Below, piece by piece: positions 16,965 to 25,697 of a stretch of DNA of 32,000 nucleotides. Every line of letters starts with the position of its first letter. The first letter of the stretch is position 1. Position numbers and translations under genes: made by a program. Source of the DNA: Acaryochloris marina MBIC11017 (GTDB taxonomy: Bacteria; Cyanobacteriota; Cyanobacteriia; Thermosynechococcales; Thermosynechococcaceae); assembly GCF_000018105.1 (NCBI RefSeq), contig NC_009925.1, positions 570,001 to 602,000 of the forward strand. Reading direction: 5' to 3'. The notes under the pieces were generated by a model. It ran no database searches. It was not told the DNA's origin and saw only the letters and a list, made by a program, of their open reading frames with translations.

Positions 16965-18221
16965 ATGGCAACTCCCCCATTACTGCATCCCTCCTGCCAC
17001 CGTACCCCTGAAGGGTTAACGGTTATTGCCGAACATCTACCCGTGGATGCGGTCAACTTTAGTTTGTGGGTCAATGCGGGGTCGGCGGTGGAGGACGACG
17101 CCATCAATGGGATGGCCCATTTTTTAGAGCATATGGTGTTTAAGGGGACGGAGCAGCTTCCCGAAGGTGAGTTTGAGCGCCAGGTGGAAGCCCGAGGCGG
17201 CGTCACCAATGCGGTCACCAGCCAGGACTATACCTGTTTTTACGTCACCGTTGCTCCCCAAGACTTTACTACGATCGCTCCTTTGCAAATCGATCTAACC
17301 CTCAATGCTCGCCTTGATGTCGAGAGCTTCGAGCGGGAACGACTTGTTGTCTTAGAAGAAATTCGACGGTCTGATGATAATGTTCGCCGTCGGTTATTTC
17401 GCCAAGCCATGACCTTGGGATATGCCCAATTACCCTATCGGCGACCGGTTCTGGGTCCTGCTGAAGTGATCCAATCCCTGGCTCCAGAGCAAATGTACGA
17501 CCATCATCGGTCCTGGTATCATCCCGAAAATATCACTGCCGTTGTGGTGGGGAATTTACCCGTAGAGCAGATGGTTGAAACCGTAGTTCAAGAATTTGCC
17601 ACCCCTTCTCGCCCTCCTCCCCTGGCTCCAGTCCAATCCCTCGAACCGCCTTTTGTTGAAATTACTCGGCAAACGGTCGTTGACCCTAAACTGACTCAAG
17701 CTCGTTTAGTGTTGCTATGGCGAGTCCCAGGTATTCAACAGCTCTCCCAAACCTATACCTTAGATGTCCTAGCCAGGATCTTAGGGGGTGGACGAAACTC
17801 TCGCTTAGTCAAATCCTTGCGGGAAGAGAAACAGTGGGTTGAGCGTATTTCTGTGAGTAACCTGACTCAGGTGTGGCAAGGATTATTTTGGATCTCCGCC
17901 CAGGTGCCACCAGAGAACTTGGAACGGGTAGAAGCGGAAATTGTCAATCATTTGCGTCAGCTCCAAGATGAAGCTTTGCCTGGATCAGAACTGGCTCGAC
18001 GACAACGACAACTGGTCAATCAGCATTTATTTGGTACTGAAAGCCCGTCTAGTCGAGCAGGTCTTTATGGATACCACCATGCGATCGCCCATAACCTAGA
18101 GGCTGGTCTTCTGTATCCACAACATATTCAGCAGCTGACCCCAGCTGATTTGCAGCAGGCTGCCCAGACCTACCTCTCCACGACTGCTTACCGGGTGTTA
18201 AAGGTACTGCCAAAGTCTTAA
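16965..18221 (+). CDS. M16-family zinc peptidase (insulinase/processing-protease-like)
   Basis: Inverted zinc motif HFLEHMVFKGT (HxxEH) with the downstream LVVLEEIRR Glu region. 418 aa. Confidence 0.9.
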   Translation: MATPPLLHPSCHRTPEGLTVIAEHLPVDAVNFSLWVNAGSAVEDDAINGMAHFLEHMVFKGTEQLPEGEFERQVEARGGVTNAVTSQDYTCFYVTVAPQDFTTIAPLQIDLTLNARLDVESFERERLVVLEEIRRSDDNVRRRLFRQAMTLGYAQLPYRRPVLGPAEVIQSLAPEQMYDHHRSWYHPENITAVVVGNLPVEQMVETVVQEFATPSRPPPLAPVQSLEPPFVEITRQTVVDPKLTQARLVLLWRVPGIQQLSQTYTLDVLARILGGGRNSRLVKSLREEKQWVERISVSNLTQVWQGLFWISAQVPPENLERVEAEIVNHLRQLQDEALPGSELARRQRQLVNQHLFGTESPSSRAGLYGYHHAIAHNLEAGLLYPQHIQQLTPADLQQAAQTYLSTTAYRVLKVLPKS

Positions 18222-18236
18222 TCCCTAATGCCGACC

Positions 18237-19340
18237 TTAACTGACCGATAACTGTTTCAAGAGGGTATCCACTTTTTTGACCCCATCGGCTTGGCGCTGA
18301 AGCTGGTATAGCTGGCGAGCCTTGTGTAATTCAGGAATGGCTTCCCGATGGCGGTTTCGGGCAATCAGCGCTTTGGCTAATTTATAAAAGGCGCTAGGGT
18401 TACGCTTTTCTAGCTTAGTGGCTTGGCGAAAGGCAACCACAGCCCCTAATGCATCCCCTTTTTGCATCAAGACATCCCCCAGACCTTCGTGGGCTGCCCC
18501 TAAATTCTTGTCATGCCGCAAGGCCTGTTTATAGGCTGTTATAGCCCGCTCGTTGTTGCCCTGGCTCTGCAATAGCTGTCCCGTCCGCAAATGGACCTTA
18601 GGGTTTCTTGGATCTAATTTGACCGCTTTATCTAGGGCTACTAATCCTTCTTCCGTTTTACCTTGGGCGGCATAGGCCAAAGCCAGATTCATCTGAATTT
18701 CGCCATTTTTGGGAGAGAGGGTGGCGGCTTTTTCCAAATTAGTAACGGCGGGCTCTACCTGATTCCTTTTTAAGTGGATCAGGCCAATCGAGTTGTAGGC
18801 TCCACCATTCTTGGGGTTAATCTCGATGACTTTTTGAAAGTTTTGAAAGGCCTCGTCATATTTCTGTTGACGACTGTAAATGACCGCTAGGCCTTCATAG
18901 GCCCGAACATTTTTGGGTTCCAATTCAATTACTTTTTGATAAGCTGCCGCAGCTTGGTCATTTTGGCCCAAGTTACCCAAGCTATACCCCAAGGCATAGT
19001 GGAAATTGGCATTTTTGCCATCTAATGCGATCGCTTTTTTATAGGCTTCGACTGATCTCGCAAAATCCTTTCTTTGAGCCTGAATATAGCCAATCGCTGA
19101 GAATATGCGTGGGTTTTTGGTATCTAAAAGAGTGGCTTGCCGATACGCTTGCAAGGCCATATCTAAATCATTGGCCTCCACTAACTCTTTACCTTTCTTA
19201 AATAGCTGAAAGAGTTGGCGATCTTTATTGACCTGGGCGATAGGCTCAGCGTGAACCGGGCTGTTTACCTGTTCAGGAATGATGACTCCAACCCCCAGAA
19301 TCAACAAAATACTGGTGCTTAGTAAGCGCATGCTTAACAT
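18237..19340 (-). CDS. Secreted/periplasmic tetratricopeptide (TPR) repeat protein
   Basis: Signal peptide MLSMRLLSTSILLILGVGVI, then about 9 consecutive 34-aa TPR units (A..Y.KAI.LDPKNA.AY..LG pattern). Confidence 0.85.
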   Translation of the reverse strand: MLSMRLLSTSILLILGVGVIIPEQVNSPVHAEPIAQVNKDRQLFQLFKKGKELVEANDLDMALQAYRQATLLDTKNPRIFSAIGYIQAQRKDFARSVEAYKKAIALDGKNANFHYALGYSLGNLGQNDQAAAAYQKVIELEPKNVRAYEGLAVIYSRQQKYDEAFQNFQKVIEINPKNGGAYNSIGLIHLKRNQVEPAVTNLEKAATLSPKNGEIQMNLALAYAAQGKTEEGLVALDKAVKLDPRNPKVHLRTGQLLQSQGNNERAITAYKQALRHDKNLGAAHEGLGDVLMQKGDALGAVVAFRQATKLEKRNPSAFYKLAKALIARNRHREAIPELHKARQLYQLQRQADGVKKVDTLLKQLSVS

Positions 19341-19586
19341 TCATCTCTCCTGATTACAAAAACGTCAACATACTTCACTGTTGTTAACCCTGCCTTAAAA
19401 GAAATGGCATTTTTACTAAAACAGACTGAATCCTGAGTTACACCGGAGGTACGTCTCAAGTCTCTGCAGTCTACGAGCAGGAACTCCTTCATTCATGAGA
19501 CTGAGATTTACCCCTTCTAGTTTCAATTTTCTTCATTTTGCAAGCTGTGCTTGATCGCAACACTATCGTCCATCAACGAGGCAACT

Positions 19587-21605
19587 ATGAATAGTTTCCG
19601 AAATATCGCCCTGGTGGGTCCCTATTCCAGTGGCAAAACAACGCTCCTCGAAAGTTTACTTCATGTCACGGAGGTCACCACCCGAAAAGGGTCCGTAAAA
19701 GAAGGCAACACCGTGGGGGATGCAAGTGCTGAAGCCCGGGAGCGCCAAATGAGTACAGAAGTAACGGCTGCCAGTTTTGAACATGGCGGCCTTTCTTTTA
19801 CTTTTTTAGACTGCCCAGGTTCCGTCGAGTTATTGCAAGAAACCCTTAACTGTCTGGTTGGGGTTGATGCTGCGGTGGTGGTTTGTGAACCGGAACCCCA
19901 GAAGGTTCTCACTCTGGCCCCCTTGTTTCAAACCCTAGATGAATGGGAGATTCCCCATCTGGTGTTTATCAATAAAATGGATCGCGCCAATTCCCCCTTT
20001 AGCGAAGTCTTGGATGCCCTCAAGCAGGTCTCCAGCCGTCCACTGGTCCTCCATCAATATCCCATTGGCCAAAATGAAGACCTTCAGGGATTCATCGATC
20101 TCGTTTCGGAACAAGCGTTCCATTACCATCCCGACTCTCCAGCAGATCCGATGCCTCTACCCGCAGAGTTGGCAGACCAGGAAAAGGCGGCCCATACAGA
20201 AATGTTGGAAGCGCTCGCCGATTTTGATGATCACCTTTTAGAAGAATTACTAGAAGATATCGAGCCCCCTCAATCTGAAGTCCTACAAGATCTGAAAACA
20301 GAACTCGGGGCTGATTTAATTGTACCCGTCTTTGTGGGAGTGGCCGAGGCTGGGTATGGTGTACGCCCTCTCCTGGATGCCCTAGAGAAGGAAGCACCTG
20401 AGGCGAATGACACGGCTAAATCTCGTGAACTAGAGCCCAGCTCAGATCGTCTGGTTGCCCAGGTCCTGAAAAACTATTTCTCTCCCCAGGGCGGCAAACT
20501 ATCCCTAGTGCGAGTGTGGCAAGGCACCCTGACCGATGGCATGATCTTAAATCAAGTTCGAGTGGGAGGCATCTATCGTTTATTGGGGCAACAGCAAAAA
20601 ACGCTTACCCAAGCAGAGGCTGGGGACATTGTGGCTTTAAGCCGTTTAGATGGCGTCAAAACGGGGGATACGCTGGTTGTTGTCGATGGATCTGCCGTGC
20701 CGGATTTACCCACGGCTCAACAGCTAGAACCGGTTTACTCCCTGGCGATTGCTCCCAGAGACCGCAAAGACGAAGTTAAGCTCAGTAGTGCCGTTAGTAA
20801 ACTTCTGGAAGAAGATCCCAGCTTAAGTTGGGAGCATCGAGAGACGACCCATGAGATCATTCTGTGGGGACAAGGCGATATCCACTTAAAAATTGCCATC
20901 GATCGGCTAGGACGAAAGCATAAGTTACCGATTAAAACCCATACCCCCCATGTCCCCTATAAGGAAAGTATTCGGAAGTCTGCCTCTAGTCATGGTCGCT
21001 ATAAGCACCAAACGGGTGGCCATGGTCAATTTGGGGATGTGCGGTTAGATATCAAACCCAAAGCTAGAGGAGAAGGCTTTACGTTTAAGGAAACCATTGT
21101 AGGAGGGGTAGTCCCTCGTCAATATATTCCAGGTGTAGAGATGGGAGTTCGTGAATTTCTCCAGCATGGCGTCTTGGGTTTCCCCATCGTGGATATTGAT
21201 GTCACCCTGACGGATGGGTCCTACCACTCTGTGGATAGCTCAGAACAGGCGTTTAAGCAGGCTGCTCGGATTGCCATGCAGTCTGGACTTCCCAACTGTC
21301 AGCCTGTGCTTTTGGAACCCATTGAGCGGGTGATCTTGTCAACGCCCACGAAGTTCACGTCTCAGGTCCTGCGCTTGATTAGCAATCATCGAGGCCAGGT
21401 TCTAGGCTATGAAGGCAAAAGCGGTTGGGATAGCTGGGATGAAATCTCGGCCTACTTACCGATGGCAGAGATGCAAAGTCTGATTATTGAGTTGAGATCC
21501 CTCACTCAAGGGGTGGGCTTCTTTATTTGGCGAGACGACCACTTAGAAGAAGTACCCGACAAAGTGGCTGAACGTGTTTTGGCAAGAGTCGAAACAGAAT
21601 TCTAA
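19587..21605 (+). CDS. Elongation factor G paralog (EF-G-like GTPase with divergent G domain)
   Basis: G1 is GPYSSGKTT, G3 is DCPGSVEL and G4 is NKMD. EF-G domains II-V are recognisable (..GKLSLVRVWQGTL.., ..EPVYSLAIAP.., ..HGRYKHQTGGHGQFG.., ..LLEPIERV..). The ATG at 19587 has GAGG 6 nt upstream; the track start at 19551 is TTG. Confidence 0.85.
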   Translation: MNSFRNIALVGPYSSGKTTLLESLLHVTEVTTRKGSVKEGNTVGDASAEARERQMSTEVTAASFEHGGLSFTFLDCPGSVELLQETLNCLVGVDAAVVVCEPEPQKVLTLAPLFQTLDEWEIPHLVFINKMDRANSPFSEVLDALKQVSSRPLVLHQYPIGQNEDLQGFIDLVSEQAFHYHPDSPADPMPLPAELADQEKAAHTEMLEALADFDDHLLEELLEDIEPPQSEVLQDLKTELGADLIVPVFVGVAEAGYGVRPLLDALEKEAPEANDTAKSRELEPSSDRLVAQVLKNYFSPQGGKLSLVRVWQGTLTDGMILNQVRVGGIYRLLGQQQKTLTQAEAGDIVALSRLDGVKTGDTLVVVDGSAVPDLPTAQQLEPVYSLAIAPRDRKDEVKLSSAVSKLLEEDPSLSWEHRETTHEIILWGQGDIHLKIAIDRLGRKHKLPIKTHTPHVPYKESIRKSASSHGRYKHQTGGHGQFGDVRLDIKPKARGEGFTFKETIVGGVVPRQYIPGVEMGVREFLQHGVLGFPIVDIDVTLTDGSYHSVDSSEQAFKQAARIAMQSGLPNCQPVLLEPIERVILSTPTKFTSQVLRLISNHRGQVLGYEGKSGWDSWDEISAYLPMAEMQSLIIELRSLTQGVGFFIWRDDHLEEVPDKVAERVLARVETEF

Positions 21606-21633
21606 GGTTTTCCTCGTCTTTCTCCGAATTATT

Positions 21634-21672
21634 GTGATGCGGTCTGTTGGTATCAACCGCATCACTTTTTTT
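21634..21672 (+). terminator. Rho-independent terminator after the EF-G paralog
   Basis: Perfect 10-bp stem GTGATGCGGT (21634-21643) / ACCGCATCAC (21656-21665), a 12-nt loop, then TTTTTTT (21666-21672). Begins 29 nt after the stop codon. Confidence 0.8.
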
Positions 21673-21962
21673 GGGAATTCCTGTAGATTTACAAACCAAT
21701 TTCTCCCAAATATTGATAAATTATGAAGTTCTTTTGCCTATCCTTAGTTAGGCTGCATATTTTCTATACAAAGCGGGAATGTTAATCCTGCTATCAGTGT
21801 TAAGCGCTTGGATCACAGCCTCTAACTGTTTAAGGTCACAGCCATTACTAATGAGCAAAGATTATATTTTCTTGTAAAGGGAATAAAAATACTCTAGCTC
21901 AAGGTATATTGTCAGGTGCCTCTAGGCAAAAATGCATATTCTAAGCAATAATGCGTAGTCAA

Positions 21963-21988
21963 GTGTGTGTGTGTTGTTTGTGTTTGTG
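21963..21988 (+). repeat. G/T-only tract including a (GT)6 microsatellite, abutting the murI Shine-Dalgarno
   Basis: gtgtgtgtgtgttgtttgtgtttgtg is 26 nt of only G and T. (GT)6 spans 21963-21974. It is followed directly by the SD GAGGAG (21988-21993) and the GTG start at 22005. Confidence 0.8.
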
Positions 21989-22004
21989 AGGAGTTACAGT
22001 CGTT

Positions 22005-22907
22005 GTGCGGAAAAGAAGCGAAGGCGATCTCGATGGTATCCCCAGCTACGTTCGAAGAAATACAAGTGCTTATTCCCCTCAGCAATTACCCATAGGCGTT
22101 TTTGATAGTGGTGTGGGGGGATTAACGGTTCTAAAGGAATTGCAGCAGCAGCTTCCTAATGAGTCTTTTCTTTATTTTGGGGATACGGCTAATGTTCCCT
22201 ATGGAACGCGCTCCCAGGCCGAAATTCTCGGGTTCGTTCGCCAAATTCTGTGCTGGATGACTTCTCAGCCCATCAAAATGGCGATTATGGCCTGCAATAC
22301 AAGTTCGGCATTGGCCTTAGATGAAGTACGCGCTGAGTTTGATATTCCAATCTTAGGGATTATTTTGCCAGGGGCACGAGCAGCCGTTAAACAAGGGAAA
22401 CGGATTGGTGTGATCGCAACACCTGCCACTGTGGCGAGTGAAAGTTATCCGCAAGCGATTCAAGAGGTCAATACCACTGCCAAGGTTTTCCAAGAGGCCT
22501 GCCCAGAATTTGTTCCTCTCATTGAACATAACCGTATTCGCGAACCTGAAACGCTTCAAATTGTCCACCAACACTTGCACCCCCTCTTGCAACAAGGAAT
22601 TGACACTCTTGTATATGGATGCACCCATTACCCTCACTTGTCTGGTGTAATTCGACAGGTTTTACCTTCTCATGTGAAAACCGTTGACCCAGCTGTGTAT
22701 ATCACGACAGCCGCCAAACAAGAGCTAAAGCTTCTCCAATTGCAGAACGGACACGCTGCTCAAACGACTCGGTTCTTTGTCAGTGGTTGTCCCGAACAGT
22801 TTGCTGAGTTATCCTACCAATGGCTAGGGTTTCTGCCAGTCGTTGAGAAGGTTATCTTGCCTGAACTCGCCTCACCACAATCTATTGAGGCTGTTGAGCA
22901 GATTTAA
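22005..22907 (+). CDS. murI: Glutamate racemase
   Basis: IGVFDSGVGGLTVLKEL, MACNTSSALAL and VYGCTHYP contain the two catalytic Cys motifs. GTG start at 22005; no in-frame ATG before the conserved N-terminus. Confidence 0.9.
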   Translation: MRKRSEGDLDGIPSYVRRNTSAYSPQQLPIGVFDSGVGGLTVLKELQQQLPNESFLYFGDTANVPYGTRSQAEILGFVRQILCWMTSQPIKMAIMACNTSSALALDEVRAEFDIPILGIILPGARAAVKQGKRIGVIATPATVASESYPQAIQEVNTTAKVFQEACPEFVPLIEHNRIREPETLQIVHQHLHPLLQQGIDTLVYGCTHYPHLSGVIRQVLPSHVKTVDPAVYITTAAKQELKLLQLQNGHAAQTTRFFVSGCPEQFAELSYQWLGFLPVVEKVILPELASPQSIEAVEQI

Positions 22908-23105
22908 ATCTACCAGATCAAGATTGCTGTCCTTAATGTAAGGCAGAGGCTCGCAAACACGTCATGATCGCTATTGTTGATTCGTTTCAACTTTAGCTGA
23001 TTGGTTTGACTAGGTTTATGGATTGTTGATATAGAACAACAACTCTAGCCTCGTGGGGTGGCTCACGATCGAGCTGGCTTGATTTAAGTTGCAATTTTAG
23101 GATCT

Positions 23106-24200
23106 ATGTATAGTCTTCATTCTTGGTTGAAAAGAACAGCCCTGCTGCTGCTCACCCTCGTATTCTCTCTTGGTCTGTCTGGCCCAGCCTGGTCTGCACC
23201 GTTTCTGCCCCTATCGGTTTTGCCAACGGCAAATGCTGTGAAAGATGGCAGCAGTATTCTGCGCTTTGCTTTACCCATTGATGAGCCCTATATCCGGGAA
23301 ATTCAAAATGCCGTAGAGGGAACGACACCCCAAATTCGAGGTAAGCGATGGCCTGAAATTCGCAAGGGATTGGGGAAAGCTAAACGAACCCTTGAGCGTC
23401 ACCGTTCTGATATTTTGGCTGCGGTTGCTCCAGACCAGCAGGCGGTTGCATCAGAGCAGTTGGATTTCATTGCTCAAGCATTGTTGGATTTAGAAGATGC
23501 TGTAGCGGCCAAAGATATTGACCAATTCAATACGATTCGTAAGCCTCTAGCTGATCGAGTCGGCATTATTGAAGAGGCGATGCTTACAGAGTTTCCTTTT
23601 GAGGTGCCTGAAGAATACCAAGATCTGCCTCAATTAAAAGGTAGAGCCACGATTGCCATCACGACCAATAAAGGTGACATGACTGTGGTGGTAGATGGCT
23701 ATAGTGCTCCTGTGACCGCAGGCAACTTTGTTGATCTAGTACAGCGCAAATTTTACGATGGCCTGAAGTTTACGCGGGCTGAAGAATCCTATGTGGTTCA
23801 AACTGGCGATCCAGATGGCCCTGATGCTGGCTTTATTGATCCTGACACTGGAGAATACCGAGCTATCCCCCTAGAAATCATGGTTAAGGGGGATTCTGAG
23901 CCAATTTATGGATCTACTTTGGAGGATTTAGGAATTTACTTGGATGAGCCAGTATTGACCTTCTCTTCCTACGGCACGATGGCTATGGCTCGTCCAGGGG
24001 ATGATGCTAACGGCGGTTCCTCCCAGTTCTTTTTCTTGCTCTTTGAGCCTGAACTAACCCCTGCTGGATCCAATCTATTGGATGGTCGTTATGCGGTCTT
24101 TGGTTATGTGGTGGATGGTCAAGATGTTCTCGGTACGATTAAGCCTGGCGATGTGATTGAGTCTGCTCGGGTGATTAAAGGGGCTGAGAATCTCGTCTAA
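23106..24200 (+). CDS. Cyclophilin-type peptidyl-prolyl cis-trans isomerase with N-terminal helical domain and signal peptide (CYP38/TLP40-like, probably lumenal)
   Basis: Signal peptide ..LSGPAWSAPF, a helical region of about 170 aa, then a cyclophilin core ITTNKGDMTVVVDGYSAPVTAGNFVDLVQRKFYDGLKFTR...GTMAMARPGDDANGGSSQFFF...LDGRYAVFGYVVDG. Confidence 0.9.
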   Translation: MYSLHSWLKRTALLLLTLVFSLGLSGPAWSAPFLPLSVLPTANAVKDGSSILRFALPIDEPYIREIQNAVEGTTPQIRGKRWPEIRKGLGKAKRTLERHRSDILAAVAPDQQAVASEQLDFIAQALLDLEDAVAAKDIDQFNTIRKPLADRVGIIEEAMLTEFPFEVPEEYQDLPQLKGRATIAITTNKGDMTVVVDGYSAPVTAGNFVDLVQRKFYDGLKFTRAEESYVVQTGDPDGPDAGFIDPDTGEYRAIPLEIMVKGDSEPIYGSTLEDLGIYLDEPVLTFSSYGTMAMARPGDDANGGSSQFFFLLFEPELTPAGSNLLDGRYAVFGYVVDGQDVLGTIKPGDVIESARVIKGAENLV

Positions 24201-24222
24201 ATTCACAAGCATCAACCACAAT

Positions 24223-24253
24223 AGGCTTGGGAGCTGCTTCCAAGCCTTTTTTT
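24223..24253 (+). terminator. Rho-independent terminator after the cyclophilin gene
   Basis: Stem AGGCTTGG (24223-24230) / CCAAGCCT (24240-24247), extendable by G-U and A-U pairs, followed by a T run through 24253. It lies inside the longest thiL ORF (TTG 24227), which argues for the thiL start at 24266. Confidence 0.75.
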
Positions 24254-24265
24254 GATCAGGGACAG

Positions 24266-25276
24266 ATGGAAAAGAACAACTTAGGTGTCACTGTTGCCGA
24301 GTTGGGTGAGCAACAGGTATTACAACGGCTGTATCAGTTCTGTGAAACCCGTATGGTGGGTGATGATGCTGCAGTACTCACACCGCGTGCAGGACATCTC
24401 CTAGTGGTGACGACGGATATGTTGGTGGATGGGATTCATTTTTGCGATCGCACCACATCTCCCGCTGATGTAGGCTGGCGTTCTGCTGCTGCCAATTTAT
24501 CTGATATTGCGGCTATGGGAGCGAGTCCTTTGGGGCTGACCATTAGTCTGGGCTTACCTGAAACGTTACCAGTTAGCTGGCTTGATCAGTTTTATCAGGG
24601 GGTAGCTGATTGCTTAAACACTTATGGAACAGCCATTATTGGTGGAGATTTAAGTCGATCACCAGTGATTACCGTGAGTATGACGGCGTTAGGGGAGGTC
24701 TCGCCCCATCAGCAAATTTTGCGTTCTACGGCTCAACCGGGAGATGCAATTGTGGTCACGGGGGTTCATGGTTCTGCTCGGGCGGGATTGGAGCTTTTAC
24801 TCCACCCAGATTGGGGACAGGTATTGAGTTCGGCAGAGTACTTAGCATTAAAACAGGCTCATCAGCGTCCTCAACCCCGATTAGATGTGATTCAAGCGCT
24901 CCAACAACTCACACCTGTTCCTAGAGTGACAGGAATGGATAGTAGTGACGGGTTGGCGGATGCCGTTTTGCAAATTTGTAGAGCGAGCGGAGTGGGGGCT
25001 GAGATCCTGCAAACTCAAATTCCGATACCAATGAGCTTTAATAACACCCAAGTTTTAACCTCAGAGCAAGCGATAGAATGGGCGCTTTATGGAGGGGAAG
25101 ATTTTGAGTTAGTGCTATGTTTACCTTTACCTTCTGCTCAGGAATTGCTGAAGAGAATTAATCCAACCGCAATGATCATTGGTCAAATAGTTGCTGAAGG
25201 TGATGTTACTTTACTCAAGCCAAATGGGGAGGGGTTTTTGTTAGAAATGCAAAAAGGCTACCAACATTTCCAATAA
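24266..25276 (+). CDS. thiL: Thiamine-monophosphate kinase
   Basis: VGDDAAVL, VVTTDMLVDGIHF, AANLSDIAAMGA and GGDLS are AIR-synthase-related ThiL motifs. The ATG at 24266 has an AGGGA SD-like element 4 nt upstream. Confidence 0.9.
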   Translation: MEKNNLGVTVAELGEQQVLQRLYQFCETRMVGDDAAVLTPRAGHLLVVTTDMLVDGIHFCDRTTSPADVGWRSAAANLSDIAAMGASPLGLTISLGLPETLPVSWLDQFYQGVADCLNTYGTAIIGGDLSRSPVITVSMTALGEVSPHQQILRSTAQPGDAIVVTGVHGSARAGLELLLHPDWGQVLSSAEYLALKQAHQRPQPRLDVIQALQQLTPVPRVTGMDSSDGLADAVLQICRASGVGAEILQTQIPIPMSFNNTQVLTSEQAIEWALYGGEDFELVLCLPLPSAQELLKRINPTAMIIGQIVAEGDVTLLKPNGEGFLLEMQKGYQHFQ

Positions 25277-25304
25277 TTTTGTGCATTAGATCAAATTTGT
25301 ACGG

Positions 25305-25697
25305 ATGTTCATTTTTTTCGTTGCATCAAGTCAAATTCTTATGGCCAATTTTCCAATCCCAGATTCAATTCAGTATGCAGACATTATTCGCGATGGTGGA
25401 TCATACTGGATGGCTTATACTACTGCCAATGACGGAATTTGTGAACTGGAATTACAGGTTAGAAAGAACCATAACTACGATCGAATAGGTTACTGGCCCC
25501 CCACTCTATGGATAGGTAAATCGCAAAAAAAGCTTCAACTGAATTGGGGGGATGCAGAATATCTTGCAGCTAGGTTCTCAATGTTGTTGCATCCTGATAT
25601 TGGTTGGGGAGGGACTAAACGAGCAAAGGAAATGATTGCTTATCTAGAAGCAAAAGGTACTCTCGATACAACACAGTGCAAGTGTGATGATGGCTGA
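25305..25697 (+). CDS. Hypothetical protein (orphan-like, AT-rich)
   Basis: 130-aa ORF with an alternative ATG at 25341 (MANFPIPD...). I recognise no motif. It is visibly more AT-rich than its neighbours. The coding call rests on ORF length only. Confidence 0.5.
   Translation: MFIFFVASSQILMANFPIPDSIQYADIIRDGGSYWMAYTTANDGICELELQVRKNHNYDRIGYWPPTLWIGKSQKKLQLNWGDAEYLAARFSMLLHPDIGWGGTKRAKEMIAYLEAKGTLDTTQCKCDDG

Noticed and set aside
16922-17218. A 98-aa minus-strand ORF overlapping the glyS stop and the M16 peptidase start. Other antisense ORFs lie inside glyS (15138-15350, 15841-16155, 15851-16138, 16104-16301).
   Set aside because: They are antisense to strongly supported housekeeping genes and their translations are compositionally odd. 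They are treated as noise.
21722-21784. A 20-codon ORF (MKFFCLSLVRLHIFYTKREC) in the AT-rich region upstream of murI, and other 10-20-codon ORFs in the intergenic regions 22908-23105 and 25698-25917.
   Set aside because: They have no SD, no resemblance to known small photosynthetic or membrane peptides, and a length expected by chance in AT-rich DNA.
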